NCBI GenBank assembly: GCA_963790205.1
Contig: CAWBNQ010000003.1
Span: 896,001-960,000, forward strand
Direction of reading: 5' to 3'
Length of the DNA: 64,000 bases
Source: Nitrospirota bacterium
GTDB taxonomy: Bacteria > Nitrospirota > UBA9217
The translations under genes and the position numbers were made by a program. Below, piece by piece: positions 1-11,047 of this stretch. The first letter of the stretch is position 1, and every line of letters begins with the position of its first letter. Under the pieces are notes generated by a model. The model saw only the letters and a list, made by a program, of their open reading frames with translations. It was not told where the DNA came from and ran no database searches.

Positions 1-240
1 ACTGTGCAGTCACCGCCGCCGTCTCGTCCCCAGAAAAAACAGGCGGCTGCACCGCGCCAGCCTGCGGATCGGCCGAAGACCTCCGGCCCGCAACCCTTTG
101 TGGATGACGTCATGGAACAGGCTGTAAAGGCCGGCATTGTAAAAGCGCCGAAGCAGCCGCTCAAGAAAGATATTCGCAGTTCCTCCGGCGTCACGAGCAG
201 GGATAAAGAAGCCCTTGCGCGCCTTTTGGCTTCGTTTTGA
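1..240 (+). CDS. 3' end of a hypothetical protein (runs off window start)
   Basis: Open frame from base 1 to TGA at 238-240. Pro/Lys-rich linker then a helical tail (DKEALARLLASF). The next gene's RBS follows immediately. Confidence 0.6.
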   Translation, partial: TVQSPPPSRPQKKQAAAPRQPADRPKTSGPQPFVDDVMEQAVKAGIVKAPKQPLKKDIRSSSGVTSRDKEALARLLASF

Positions 241-254
241 AAGGAGCGTTGTCC

Positions 255-998
255 ATGAAACGATTTTCAATTATTATGCTTCTCTTCCTAACGGGGTGCG
301 CGACCACCTCGGGACCGCCTGTAGACAAGTCCAAAATGGCGGAAGGGTATTATTTAAAAGGGATTTCACTTTTTCAGGCGAAAAATTATGAGCTTGCGTC
401 TGTTGAATTTAACCGTTCTCTTCAGACAGACAACAACTACAAACAGTCCTATTATATGCTCGGCATCATCAGCTCGGACCAGGGAAAGCTGGATGACGCT
501 GTAAAATATTACAAAGAAGCCATCGACAGAGACCCTAACTATTCCGAGGCGTACAACGCACTCGGGACCGTGTATTCCAGACAACAAAAATGGAAAGAGG
601 CGCTTAAGTATTTCAAAAAAGCCCTGGAAAACAAGCTCTACCCCACTCCTCACGTGCCTTACCTTAATATCGGACGCCTGTACATGGCGCAGAAAGACTA
701 TAATAAGGCTGTGGACGCCTATCGTGAAGCAAAACGGTACGCAAATCAGGATTTTATTATTTATGAGCTGGGCACGGCCCTGTTCGAGGCCGGGAGAATT
801 AAAGAGGCGCTGCACGAGTTCCAGGAGGGAGTGGGGCTTGCGCCGCAGAATGCAAATTTACGGTACAGTTTAGCGCTTGCTCTCTTGAAGGACGGCAACA
901 AAAAAGCCGCTCTTGCCGAGTTTAAAAAGACGTCTGAACTTGCTCCGGGGAGTGACGTCGCGCTAAAGGCAAAAGATTATATACGAACCCTGAGGTGA
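255..998 (+). CDS. TPR lipoprotein, PilF/PilW-like
   Basis: AAGGAG at 241-246, ATG at 255, lipobox LLFLTGC, tandem TPR motifs (YSEAYNALG, PYLNIG); sits directly upstream of rodZ. Confidence 0.8.
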   Translation: MKRFSIIMLLFLTGCATTSGPPVDKSKMAEGYYLKGISLFQAKNYELASVEFNRSLQTDNNYKQSYYMLGIISSDQGKLDDAVKYYKEAIDRDPNYSEAYNALGTVYSRQQKWKEALKYFKKALENKLYPTPHVPYLNIGRLYMAQKDYNKAVDAYREAKRYANQDFIIYELGTALFEAGRIKEALHEFQEGVGLAPQNANLRYSLALALLKDGNKKAALAEFKKTSELAPGSDVALKAKDYIRTLR

Positions 999-1951
999 TG
1001 GTAATGGGGACATTAGGGCAGTATTTGCTCAACGCACGGCTGGTCAAGAACATAGATTTACGTGATGCAGCGCAACAGACCCGTATCAGCATTCAATACC
1101 TGAAGGCCCTGGAAAATGAGGATTTTTCGAAACTTCCCGGTGAAGTGTTCGTGAAGGGTTTTCTCAAGAGTTACGGCCGCTTTTTAAACCTCGACGAATC
1201 CGAGGTGATGAAGAAATACGCGCAGCTCAAGCCCCACCCGGCGTCTCCTTCGACCCCCACTCCGAACGCAGACAATGCCGTTGTGCCCGGCGAACGCGCG
1301 GAGACCCCGAAGGAAACTCCTATCGAGCCCTTTGTGTGGGGCGCCGTAATCCTCATATTGCTCCTGGTTTTCCTGTTCTCTTCTCTGCCTTCGAGGCTCT
1401 CAAAAAATGGTCAGCAACCGGCCGGTTCTGCCGTCCCGGCTGTCTTGTCTCGGGAAACCGCGTCGTCCCAGGGCGTAAAACCGGAAAAGCTGTATCTCGA
1501 AGTCATTGCAATCGAAGATACCTGGCTCCTGGTCAGGACCGATGACAGCCCGCAGAAAAAGGCCGTGCTCAAACGGGGCGAAAGTCTTACCTGGAGCGCC
1601 GATGAGAGGTTCTTGCTCAGCTATGGACGTAGTGGAGCTTTAAAACTTGTCCTGAACGGCGGAGAACTTACGGTAAACGGGACGAAAGATGCCGTGGTCA
1701 GAGACCTCGTCATCACCCGTGCCGGCGTTCTGAACCAGCCTGCTCCGGTGAGACAGGCCAGGCCGATGAAGCCGAAGCCGCAGCCTGTGGCCGGACCTCA
1801 GCAATCACAGCCTCAGCAATCACAGCCTCAACAATCACAGCCTCAACAACCACAACTACAGGGCAAGCAAAAACCCGTGGTCCCCCAGACGCCACCGCCT
1901 CCTGCGCCGGTACAAGCTGATCCCCTGGCGCCCTTGAAGCCCGCAGAATAA
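995..1951 (+). CDS. rodZ: RodZ-like protein (HTH, TM helix, DUF4115-type domain)
   Basis: N-terminal HTH (TRISIQYLKALENEDFSKLPGEVFVKGFLKSY), one TM helix, beta-rich C-domain, Pro/Gln tail. Confidence 0.8.
   Translation: MMVMGTLGQYLLNARLVKNIDLRDAAQQTRISIQYLKALENEDFSKLPGEVFVKGFLKSYGRFLNLDESEVMKKYAQLKPHPASPSTPTPNADNAVVPGERAETPKETPIEPFVWGAVILILLLVFLFSSLPSRLSKNGQQPAGSAVPAVLSRETASSQGVKPEKLYLEVIAIEDTWLLVRTDDSPQKKAVLKRGESLTWSADERFLLSYGRSGALKLVLNGGELTVNGTKDAVVRDLVITRAGVLNQPAPVRQARPMKPKPQPVAGPQQSQPQQSQPQQSQPQQPQLQGKQKPVVPQTPPPPAPVQADPLAPLKPAE
1796..1855 (+). repeat. 15-bp coding tandem repeat, about 4 copies (PQQSQ)
   Basis: CCTCAGCAATCACAG unit repeated with minor variation. Confidence 0.85.
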
Positions 1952-2062
1952 CGAGAGAGAAGAATCGGAGAGGACGGATGTCTCGCTCTCGCTAAAGAGA
2001 AGAGGTGATTTGCCCGGTTGGGGCAGGGCTGAATTACTCTTTTCGGAATATGATTATTGTTA

Positions 2063-2542
2063 CTAAGGCCCGGACCTGTTTGAGGAACCGGGCACTTTTT
2101 TATTCGTCTCCGTCAATCCCATCCTCCCGACATGCGTTCCCATCCAATACACCCTTTTACAGGTCATGCACTGTAAAAACGTCTCATGCTTTTCGTAGAC
2201 ATAGAACGGCACGAGGTCCTTTACTTTTTTTCGGGAAATTGCGGCGAGCGGTTCATTGCATACGGAACAGCGGGTGAGGGGCTGCGGAAGCACGCTTCGT
2301 GGAAAAGCGGCAAGGACTTGCCGCATTTGCGCGCGGCTATCGTCGTTGGTAATCAAGAGGTGGTTGGCTGCCAGGGGACGTTCGGCAAGGGCGGTATCCC
2401 GCGTCAGGATTACCCGGTCCTGCTCGAGAGAAAGGCGGATAACTTCGTTGTCATCGTTCGTCCTGTCATAGAGGACGTCGAATCCGAGCAGTCTCATCCG
2501 CTTCGCGAGCCTGCCCAGCATGACATCGGCGATGAATTTCAT
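2063..2542 (-). CDS. Mut7-C RNase domain protein
   Basis: FIADVMLGRLAKRMRLLGFD, ILTRD, RCSVCN and CMTCKRVYWMGTH motifs. Confidence 0.9.
   Translation of the reverse strand: MKFIADVMLGRLAKRMRLLGFDVLYDRTNDDNEVIRLSLEQDRVILTRDTALAERPLAANHLLITNDDSRAQMRQVLAAFPRSVLPQPLTRCSVCNEPLAAISRKKVKDLVPFYVYEKHETFLQCMTCKRVYWMGTHVGRMGLTETNKKVPGSSNRSGP
2068..2101 (+). terminator. Probable intrinsic terminator for the TPR-rodZ unit
   Basis: GCCCGG..CCT-loop-AGG..CCGGGC stem followed by a T run. Confidence 0.5.
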
Positions 2543-2549
2543 AAAAGCG

Positions 2550-2579
2550 AGTAGGCAGTAGGCGGTAGGCAGTAGTCAG
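2550..2579. repeat. Intergenic heptamer repeat (AGTAGGC)n
   Basis: agtaggc agtaggc ggtaggc agtagtc. Confidence 0.7.
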
Positions 2580-2632
2580 GGGTATGACAGGTTTAAGCAT
2601 TCCCTGTATGCTGTCTACTGTATATCGTATAC

Positions 2633-5074
2633 TTACGAAAATCTTCTCAATCTTAACGAGTTCGACACCACGCTCACCGAGCTGAAGGCCATGGCCGCCG
2701 AAGCGTACATGGGATTCAGAAGCCCAGCGGTTCCCAGAAAAGGGTAAAGCGCTCCCGCCGCCACGGGGATCCCGATCACGTTATAGAAGAAGGCCCAGAA
2801 CAGGTTCATCTTGATCGTCTGCATGGTCCGGCGGGAAAGGCGCATAGCGGCAGCCACCACGCGCAGGTCGTCCTTGAGCAGGGTGACGTCCGAGGCCTCG
2901 ATGGCCACATCCGTGCCGGTGCCGATGGCGATGCCCACATCAGCCTGGGTAAGGGCGGGAGCGTCGTTGATGCCGTCGCCGACCATGGCCACGACGCGGC
3001 CCTCGGCCTGCAGGATCTTTATTGTCTCCATTTTGTCCTCGGGAAGCACCTCGGCAAGGACGCGGGTGATGCCGAGCTCTTCGGCGATGGCCTGGGCCGT
3101 GCGGCGGTTGTCTCCGGTGAGCATGACGACCTCGATCCCGAGCGCTGTGAGCCCGATCACGGCCTCTTTTGAATGTTCTTTGATCGTGTCCGCGACCGCG
3201 ATGACGCCGGCGGCCTTATTATCAATCGCAACGAACATGGGAGTTTTGCCGCGGGAAGAGAACTGCTCCGCCCTGGCATGGAACATTCCGAAGTCAATAT
3301 GTCTCTCCGACATCAACCGCTCATTGCCGACTATCACCTCTTTGCCTTGGAGCGCTGCCCTGATCCCATGGCCCGGGAGCGCTTCGAATTCGTCCACCTG
3401 CTCAGGCCTGATCCCTTTTTCGAGCGCCCCGCGCACGATCGCTTCGCCGAGCGGGTGTTCGGATCCTTTTTCCGCGGACCCTGCGAAGAAAAGGAGCTCC
3501 TGTTCGCTCATGGTGTTCCGGATAACATCCGTCATTGTCGGCTCGCCGCGCGTGAGCGTGCCGGTCTTGTCGAGCACGACCGTATCGATCTTCTGGGCCC
3601 GTTCGAGGCTTTCCGCGTTCTTGAACAGGATGCCCTGCTCGGCGCCTTTTCCGGTCCCGACCATGATCGCCGTCGGCGTTGCCAGACCCATTGCGCAGGG
3701 GCAGGCGATGATCAACACGGCGATGAAATTGACGAGCGCGAAGGTAAATTTTGTCTCTGCGGGGCCGAAGAAATACCAGAGGCCGAAGGTTATGATCCCC
3801 AGGCCGATGACGGTGGGGACGAAAATACTCGAGATGTAATCCGCGAGACGCTGGATGGGCGCCTTGGAGCCTTGGGCCTCCTGCACCATGCGGATGATCT
3901 GGGAGAGCATCGTGTCTTTGCCGACCTTGGTGGCTTCGAAGGTAAACGTTCCGGTCCTGTTGATCGTCGCGCCGATGACCGGGTCCCCGTCTTTCTTGTC
4001 AACAGGCAGGCTCTCGCCGGTCAGCATGGATTCATCTATGGATGAATAGCCGTTCCGGATGACGCCATCCACGGGTATCTTTTCTCCCGGCCGCACGATG
4101 ATGAGCTCGCCTGATTCGACGTCTTCGATCGGGATGTCCAGCTCTTTGCCGTCGCGCATTACCCGCGCCGTGCGCGGCTGGAGCCCCATGAGCTTTTTGA
4201 TGGCCTCGCCCGCCCGTGTCTTGGCCCTGGCTTCGAGGTACTTGCCGAAGAGGATAAGGGTTATGATGACCGCCGCCGTATCATAGTAGGCGCCCCCGTG
4301 CGCCCCGTAGTGGCCCAGTGCCGAGGGGAAAAAGGTGAGTACGGCGCTATAGCCGTACGCGGCCGAGGTGCCCACGACCACGAGCGTGTTCATGTTCGTG
4401 CTGCCGTGTTTGAGCGACGCCCAGGCGTTCTGGTAGAAGTGTCTGCCCGCCCAGAACTGGACAGGCGTGCACAGGAGGAACAGGATGAGCCACATGGTCT
4501 GACGGGGGACGAGCGCGAAGAAGGGGAGCATGTCCTGAAAGCTGCCGATAAGCACGAGGGCCGAAAGCACGGCGCTCGTGATGAGCTTGGTCCGCAGTTC
4601 GGCAAGCTCTTTTTCACGGGCCTCTTTTTCGATGTCGAGCGCGGAGCGGCCTTCTGCCTGTTGGGGCAAACGGAACCCGGACTTTTCGATCGTCCTCCTG
4701 ATATCGCGCAGGCCTATCTGGCCGGGAACATATTCAACATCGACTGTCTCCGCACCCGCGTTGACGCGGGCCTTGAGGACGCCGTCGATCGCGGAAACAA
4801 TATGCTCAAGTTCCTGTGACCGTGACGCGTCAAGGTCGATGATCGGGATCGTCACCGTTTCCGTGACCGCCCGGTACCCGAGCTCATGAATGCTGGAGAT
4901 GAACTTGTCCAATCCGACGGAAGTGGGATCGAACTCGACGACTGCCTTTTCATTCGCATAGTTGACGTTCGCGCTTATCACGCCCGCGAGCTTTGAAATG
5001 TCCTTCTGGATGGCCGCCGCGCAGTTGACGCAGGTCATGCCTTTTACGGGGATGATTGCTTTTTTAGTTTCCAT
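2633..5074 (-). CDS. copA: Cu(I)-translocating P1B-1 ATPase
   Basis: GMTCVNC HMA domain (second HMA lacks CxxC), TGES, CPC, DKTGT, SEHPL, GDGIND, YN and MAFSS motifs. Confidence 0.93.
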   Translation of the reverse strand: METKKAIIPVKGMTCVNCAAAIQKDISKLAGVISANVNYANEKAVVEFDPTSVGLDKFISSIHELGYRAVTETVTIPIIDLDASRSQELEHIVSAIDGVLKARVNAGAETVDVEYVPGQIGLRDIRRTIEKSGFRLPQQAEGRSALDIEKEAREKELAELRTKLITSAVLSALVLIGSFQDMLPFFALVPRQTMWLILFLLCTPVQFWAGRHFYQNAWASLKHGSTNMNTLVVVGTSAAYGYSAVLTFFPSALGHYGAHGGAYYDTAAVIITLILFGKYLEARAKTRAGEAIKKLMGLQPRTARVMRDGKELDIPIEDVESGELIIVRPGEKIPVDGVIRNGYSSIDESMLTGESLPVDKKDGDPVIGATINRTGTFTFEATKVGKDTMLSQIIRMVQEAQGSKAPIQRLADYISSIFVPTVIGLGIITFGLWYFFGPAETKFTFALVNFIAVLIIACPCAMGLATPTAIMVGTGKGAEQGILFKNAESLERAQKIDTVVLDKTGTLTRGEPTMTDVIRNTMSEQELLFFAGSAEKGSEHPLGEAIVRGALEKGIRPEQVDEFEALPGHGIRAALQGKEVIVGNERLMSERHIDFGMFHARAEQFSSRGKTPMFVAIDNKAAGVIAVADTIKEHSKEAVIGLTALGIEVVMLTGDNRRTAQAIAEELGITRVLAEVLPEDKMETIKILQAEGRVVAMVGDGINDAPALTQADVGIAIGTGTDVAIEASDVTLLKDDLRVVAAAMRLSRRTMQTIKMNLFWAFFYNVIGIPVAAGALYPFLGTAGLLNPMYASAAMAFSSVSVVSNSLRLRRFS

Positions 5075-5461
5075 GGACGCATTTTACCACAAAGTCTGCC
5101 GGGGACAAAGGGGGAAGAGGGGGATACTTTTGGAATAAAACGGTTTTTGATTGTGAAGGGGTTAACGACGAAGATCTATGATATAAAGCCTGTCAGGTCA
5201 AAAGGCGCTCAAGTGAGTGCAAACTTCATCATAGGATCTTGCACTGTTAAACAGTGAGACCATCGATTGCTTCACCTTCAAACAGGCTTCAACAGATTGA
5301 AACTCTCACGATCGCTCTTCGGAACATTCACAAGAGCGGTCCATCGTTGATTGAGGTGCCCTGGATGTAATTTCTCCCTGCGAGCTCTCCAGCGGGAACC
5401 GGCGGTATCATGTGGACAAACTCAACTAAAAGAATGAACGTTGTTGCATGTGCAAGAAAGG

Positions 5462-8400
5462 CTATTTGCCGTCGGGACTTTTACTATTTTCATCATTCAC
5501 TTCAAACCTTCCGTACTTCAGTGCAAGAATCGGGAGCACCAGAAGATTGAGCGCCGTAGAGGTCACAAGACCGCCGAGTATGACGAGGGCCATGGGACCT
5601 TCGATCTCGCGGCCCGGCGCTTCGCTGCCGATAGCGAGAGGGAGCAGTCCCAAAGCCGTGACGAGAGCAGTCATAAGAATGGGCGCGAGCCGTTCCCGCG
5701 CGCCGCGCTCCGCTGCTTCGGGTCCCCAGGTCATGCCTTCTGCCGTCACCAGGTGCTCATAGTGCGAGACCATCATGATGGAATTTCGCAGGGTGATGCC
5801 GAAGAGCGTGACAAAGCCGATCATCGAGCCGAGGGACACCATGCCGCCGGAGCCGAATACTGCAAGCACTCCCCCGACAAGGGCAAAGGGAAGGTTCGCC
5901 AACGTGAGCAGCAGGCCCCGGCCGCTGCCGATGACGATTGACAGGAGCAGTAGGATCCCCGTCCCTGCCAGAAGGGAATGCATGACGAGTTCCCGCGTGG
6001 ACCGGGTTTGGGCCGCCGCTGTGCCGGTGAATTCCAGATAGTTCCCTGCGGGCAGGACGACCCCGGCAGCGATCTTTCTTTTCGCCTCGTCCGTAAAGGA
6101 ACTGACGCTTCGTCCCGTCACATTGCACGTCACGGTCTGGACGCGCCGCGCACCCTGATGCAGGACCACGTACCGGCCCGAAGTCTCCCGGACGTCGGCC
6201 AGCTCCCGCAACCGCACGTACATGCCCGCGGGATTGCGCAAGGGGAGAGCGCCCACGTCCGCGATGGTCCGGCGCTCACGAGGGTCAAGGATTACAGAGA
6301 CGTCGAAGACCCGGTTCCCTTCGTACACCTGGCCGACGATGTCGCCCTCGTATGCGGTGCGTACGGCATCCAGGACCTGGACCGGGTCGAAACCCCAGTA
6401 ATCGAGCCTCTCTTTTTTCAGACGCACGGTGAGCTGCGGTGTGCCGGGCGGGGACTGGACCCTGAGATCGACGATCCCGGACAGTGTGCCGAGCACCCGG
6501 GCGACCTCCCGGGCCTTTTTGTCCAGAAGGTCGAGATCATTCCCGAAGATGTTGATGACCACCGCAGCCGAATATCCGGAGAGCGTTTCTTCGACCCGTT
6601 CCGTAAGAAACGTGTTGACGGAAAAATCGGCGCCGACGAACCGGGACAGCGCACGCCGGATCTGGGCCTGGGCGAGATCGGCCTGGTTCCCGCTGAGCGG
6701 CTTGAGATCCACCTCGAACTCGCTGTCCTGGGTCCCGAGAATATCATCGGCCGTCTCGGCCCTTCCCGTCCGCTGGGCAACTGAGCGGACGGCGGGTATT
6801 TTTAAAAGCTCGGCAGTCACCCTGCGTCCGATCTGCATCGATTCCGCAAGCGAGGTCCCGGGGACGGCGGACATATGAACGATGAAGTGTCCTTCCTTCA
6901 GCTCCGGCAGGAAGCTGCCGCTGAAAAAGGGGATTGCCGAGATTCCCGCCGCAGCCAGAAGCACCACGCCAAGAATGGTTGGGCGCGGTCGGCGAAACAG
7001 GCCCTGAAGGAGAGCTCCGTAGCGCGCCTGGAGCCAGTGCGCCAGCGGCGGTTCCCGGAACTCCCGGCCGCGCAGGAGTGCCAGACACATTGCCGGCGTT
7101 ACCGTCAAAGCTACGAGCAGTGAAGCGAGCGTGGCGAGGATGAAGGCAATGCCCAGCGGTGCGAAAAGCCTGCCCGCGAGCCCGGACATGGTCAACACGG
7201 GAACGAAGACCAGCGCCACCGCCAGGCTTGCGTAGGCAACGGCGTGCCGTACCTCAAGGGAGGCATCGAGCACGACCTGGATCGCCGGCAGGGGATTCCG
7301 GAGGGCACGGTTCTCGCGAAGGCGCCTCAGGATGTTTTCCACGTCGATAACGGCGTCATCCACGACGATTCCTACTGCAATTGCCAGCCCTCCCAGGGTC
7401 ATGGTGTTGAGGGACATGCCCAGCCGTTCCAGGACCGATACCGCCGCGAGCAATGACAGAGGAATGGCGACTACGGAGATGGCCGCCGTGCGGAGGTTAA
7501 AGAGAAAGAGCGCCAGTATTATAACCACCAGGACCGTTCCGATGAGCAGTGACGACCGTATATTGCCGATGGCCGTCTCGATGAAGTTCGCGGGCCTGAA
7601 GATGTTCGGGTGGATGGCCACACCCTGTGCGTTCAGCGCGGGGCGGAGCTCTTCCAGGGCCTGATCGATCTTCTCCGTTACTTCCCGGGTGTTTGCTCCG
7701 TACTGCGCCGAGATCATGAAGATGACGCCGGGTTGACCCATGATCTCAGCGGCGCCGATGGGCGGCTCCGGCGCCTCCGTCACTTCGGCCACATCCCCAA
7801 GGGTCACGTTCACGCTCACGTCGGCGCCGCTTCCCCGGATTAAAGCGGTCCCGGCAAGCTCCGCCGCGGTCAGGGACTGCGCCTGGGTCTGAAGCACGAT
7901 CCTCTGGTTGACGCTGTCGATAAAGCCTGCTCCACGTATGCCGGTGGCCCGACGCGCGGCATCGAGCACGTCAGCGAGCGCAAGGCCGTACTCTACCAGC
8001 TTCCGCGGTCGAAACCGTATCTGAAACTGCTTCACCTCGCCGCCGAAGACTGCTGCCTTCGCTACACCCGGCACGGCAAGAAGCCGCTGTTTTACGGTCC
8101 AATCGGCGATGGTCCTGAGCGCCATGAGTGAAAGCCGGTCGGAGGTCAGTCCCACCGCCAGAACGATGCTCGTGGAACTGGTCAGCGGAGTCATGACCGG
8201 AGCCTGCACTTCCCGCGGCAATTGGCCTGCGAGCGTCGTCAGCCGCTCGGCAACCATCTGGCGATCAAGGTAGATGTCCGTGTCGGGACGGAACGTGATC
8301 GTGATGAATGACAGGCCCTGGATCGACCCGGAGCGGAGGGACTCGATTCCTGCCACACCGTTCACGGCATTTTCGATCGGCTTGGTGACGAGGACCTCGA

Positions 8401-8581
8401 CCTGTTCGGAAGAAAGTCCCGGGGCCTCGGTCTGGATCACCACCTGGGGCGGCGCAAACTCGGGAAACACGTCGTACTTGGCCCGCGAGAGCGAATAGAT
8501 CCCGTAGCCGGCGAGTATGAAGGCCAGGGCGATGATCACGCCCCGAAAGCGGAGCGCAAACCGGACAATTGCAGTCAACAT
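5462..8581 (-). CDS. CusA/CzcA-family heavy-metal RND efflux permease
   Basis: 1039 aa; DVFPEFAPPQVVIQTEAPG, GLAIAVGIVVDDAVIDVEN, ERLAPILMTAL. Confidence 0.92.
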   Translation of the reverse strand: MLTAIVRFALRFRGVIIALAFILAGYGIYSLSRAKYDVFPEFAPPQVVIQTEAPGLSSEQVEVLVTKPIENAVNGVAGIESLRSGSIQGLSFITITFRPDTDIYLDRQMVAERLTTLAGQLPREVQAPVMTPLTSSTSIVLAVGLTSDRLSLMALRTIADWTVKQRLLAVPGVAKAAVFGGEVKQFQIRFRPRKLVEYGLALADVLDAARRATGIRGAGFIDSVNQRIVLQTQAQSLTAAELAGTALIRGSGADVSVNVTLGDVAEVTEAPEPPIGAAEIMGQPGVIFMISAQYGANTREVTEKIDQALEELRPALNAQGVAIHPNIFRPANFIETAIGNIRSSLLIGTVLVVIILALFLFNLRTAAISVVAIPLSLLAAVSVLERLGMSLNTMTLGGLAIAVGIVVDDAVIDVENILRRLRENRALRNPLPAIQVVLDASLEVRHAVAYASLAVALVFVPVLTMSGLAGRLFAPLGIAFILATLASLLVALTVTPAMCLALLRGREFREPPLAHWLQARYGALLQGLFRRPRPTILGVVLLAAAGISAIPFFSGSFLPELKEGHFIVHMSAVPGTSLAESMQIGRRVTAELLKIPAVRSVAQRTGRAETADDILGTQDSEFEVDLKPLSGNQADLAQAQIRRALSRFVGADFSVNTFLTERVEETLSGYSAAVVINIFGNDLDLLDKKAREVARVLGTLSGIVDLRVQSPPGTPQLTVRLKKERLDYWGFDPVQVLDAVRTAYEGDIVGQVYEGNRVFDVSVILDPRERRTIADVGALPLRNPAGMYVRLRELADVRETSGRYVVLHQGARRVQTVTCNVTGRSVSSFTDEAKRKIAAGVVLPAGNYLEFTGTAAAQTRSTRELVMHSLLAGTGILLLLSIVIGSGRGLLLTLANLPFALVGGVLAVFGSGGMVSLGSMIGFVTLFGITLRNSIMMVSHYEHLVTAEGMTWGPEAAERGARERLAPILMTALVTALGLLPLAIGSEAPGREIEGPMALVILGGLVTSTALNLLVLPILALKYGRFEVNDENSKSPDGK

Positions 8582-8685
8582 GCTGTTATCCCTGTTCTTG
8601 GTATTATCCAGATCTCTTATCGCTGAGAAGCGCGAAGTGAAGAGCGGTTTAAATCCCGAACTATGTCAGCGTCCGCAGCTTCTCG

Positions 8686-9210
8686 TTAATCACTGATCCG
8701 GATCTGTGACCGGAATTCCTCGGATAGTAACAGTTGTGCTCCCTCCACCGCCACCCGGTCGCCGGCTGAAAAGTTCTTCATTACGAGCCAGCCTTCCCCC
8801 GTTCGATGCTTCTGAGAGACCTTGTGTCGGACAAATCGGTCCGGGCCTTCCTGTACGTAGGCCCAGGCCTTGCCTTCCAGCCAGACTACGGCGGAGTCGG
8901 GCACGATGGCCCCGGATATCCGCTCCTGTCCCGGATAGGGGGCCTCACCATATCCGGGCTCCTTTTTTCCGATGAAGCCGGGAGCGAGGGCTTTGGTAAC
9001 AATGCCGTTTAACCTCTGCGTTGCCTTATCCAGACGGATCACGGTCTCGCCGTGTGAAACAGAAACGCGGGAGGCGGCGCTGACGGGCCGCTCGCCTTCC
9101 TGTTCCACGGCCATTTCCTTTTTTCCCTGGAGAAAGGACCAGACCAGGAAACCGATTACGGCGCAGAGTGCGAGCACCGTTGCGATGGTGTTCAGCCGGG
9201 AAAGTCTCAT
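8686..9210 (-). CDS. Internally shortened RND periplasmic adaptor (membrane anchor and membrane-proximal domain only)
   Basis: N-terminal TM, then VPDSAVVW..GDRVAVEGAQLLLSEE adaptor C-terminus; only 174 aa; lies between the TolC and RND genes. Confidence 0.7.
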   Translation of the reverse strand: MRLSRLNTIATVLALCAVIGFLVWSFLQGKKEMAVEQEGERPVSAASRVSVSHGETVIRLDKATQRLNGIVTKALAPGFIGKKEPGYGEAPYPGQERISGAIVPDSAVVWLEGKAWAYVQEGPDRFVRHKVSQKHRTGEGWLVMKNFSAGDRVAVEGAQLLLSEEFRSQIRISD

Positions 9211-10622
9211 GGCTCCCTCCCTTGTTCCGGCCGCGGATTCTCTTCTTGCGTTGTCGGGGCCGGGCCCGGCTGATCCAGTGGACGCCGGAGAGCGTCCTGC
9301 AGCAATCCCAGGGCCTGCTGCGCCTTGACAAGCGCGTCCAGGTGCGAAAGCTCGGCGGAGATGAGGGAGACCTCGGCGCTCACCAGGGTGAAACGGGAGG
9401 CCTCACCGGGCCTGAGCCTAAGCCGCAGGGTCTTTTGTCGGGCGCGTTCGGCATCGAGAAGGTCTCGGGCGGTCTCGAAGGTTTTTTGCGCGGCCCCATA
9501 GCCGGCGAAAGTGCGGTCGATCTCGTTGATGACGTTCGCCTGAAGCGCAGTAAAGCCGGCTGCGGCCTGCTGCCTTCGAGCTTCGGCCTCGGCGATAGGG
9601 CCCTTGTTGCGGTTGAATACCGGCAGGGTCAGAGACAGCCCGATGGACCACTTGTTCTCCCCCTGGTCCCAGGTATAGCCGGGGCCTGCCTGGATATCGG
9701 GGTACTGTTTGGCAATTTCAAGCTGGAGTGCCGACTGGCTTGCAGCGTATTCGGCGAGGCTGGACAGGATATCAGGACGGTTCAATAGTGCCTGTCTCCG
9801 TGCCTCCTCTCCCGGCAAATCCTTAAGAAGGACGGCGATAAAATCGAAGTCAAGGTCGATGCCCGCCAGCGCGCGGACCGGAAGACCGAGACTCGCTGCA
9901 AGCTCTCCATATGCCTCGGTTTCCTGCTTTTTTGCCTCATCCAGGGCGAGACGGGCCCGGTCCCGGGCAATGCGCGCCTCGGTCACGATGGGCAGGCTGA
10001 TCATGCCCGAGGAGAAGCGCTGCTCAAGCATTCGCGTAAACGTGTCCCGGACTTCGAGCTGTTTTTTGAGCAGGGCTTCCCGCTGCTTGGCGGCGTAGAG
10101 GCTGATGAGGCTTTGGCGCACACGGCTGCGCACCAGCCAGGCGGCATTCGCGATTTGAAGACGCGCCGCCTCGGAAAGCGCGCCTGCACGGGCGATGCGG
10201 TACCCTCGCTTGCCCGCGGTCTCGACGGGGACGGTGAAATTGAGCCCCAAGGTCCAGGGAGAAAAGCCGGCAGCCGGATTGGCATCGTACTGGAACAGGG
10301 TCCCCAGATTCGGATTGGGGCGAGCTCCTGCGGTGATCACTCCCGCTCTGGCAACAGCCCACTCCGCGCGCGCCACGTCCATGTCCGGATGGTAATAAAG
10401 AGCCGCGAGGGTGAGCATGATGAAATCCCAGGATTTCGGAGGAAAAGGCGCAATCTCTTTTCGGAGATTCTTCTCCATGAACCCTTTGAGATCCCGATTG
10501 TCCAGCGTGCGGGCCTCAAAAACAGAGATCGTACCGGCAGGCTCGATTGGTTTCGGATGAAAGGACGCGCATCCCGCCACGATCAATAAAAACAGTGCGC
10601 CGCCGAAATGTCTTTTCAGCAT
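9207..10622 (-). CDS. TolC-family outer-membrane efflux lipoprotein
   Basis: Lipobox LIVAGC, two OEP repeats (ARPNP, NRPDI, QYPDI, LPVFNRNKG). Confidence 0.9.
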   Translation of the reverse strand: MLKRHFGGALFLLIVAGCASFHPKPIEPAGTISVFEARTLDNRDLKGFMEKNLRKEIAPFPPKSWDFIMLTLAALYYHPDMDVARAEWAVARAGVITAGARPNPNLGTLFQYDANPAAGFSPWTLGLNFTVPVETAGKRGYRIARAGALSEAARLQIANAAWLVRSRVRQSLISLYAAKQREALLKKQLEVRDTFTRMLEQRFSSGMISLPIVTEARIARDRARLALDEAKKQETEAYGELAASLGLPVRALAGIDLDFDFIAVLLKDLPGEEARRQALLNRPDILSSLAEYAASQSALQLEIAKQYPDIQAGPGYTWDQGENKWSIGLSLTLPVFNRNKGPIAEAEARRQQAAAGFTALQANVINEIDRTFAGYGAAQKTFETARDLLDAERARQKTLRLRLRPGEASRFTLVSAEVSLISAELSHLDALVKAQQALGLLQDALRRPLDQPGPAPTTQEENPRPEQGREP

Positions 10623-11047
10623 TTCAGATCTCCTTCGGATTGATTCCGTAGAGAGTTTGCGCGTGAATACATGCAGAAACGGTTCCGGATAGCCTTATTT
10701 CTGGTCCTTTTTCGAGAGCCGAAAGCGACAGAAAGGTCCCATACTGCGCCGTTGCTCGTGCACAACGTTTGAGCGACATCGTCCGGTGTGCTCTCACCGA
10801 AGATCGGTCGTACGAAGAACGATCGTTTAGGGTGGCAGGAAAACGATGCAATTCACATAACCCGGCTTTGTCTGATAACACTATCAATTGATGAATGTAC
10901 TCTTTACGAAGCCCTTAGCTGTGAGCAGACTTCGGTAAGTACTTTTTGCCAAGCAGGCATATCGTACTCCGAGATTTCAAACAGCATTTTCAATCGGTCA
11001 TCGTGCAAGAAGAGAGCATAATTTTGTGCCAAAGCAGGCGGAATGGT

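Noticed and set aside
11015..11032. Sigma54 promoter for the TolC-RND operon
   Set aside because: GG-to-GC spacing is 11 nt rather than the required 10.
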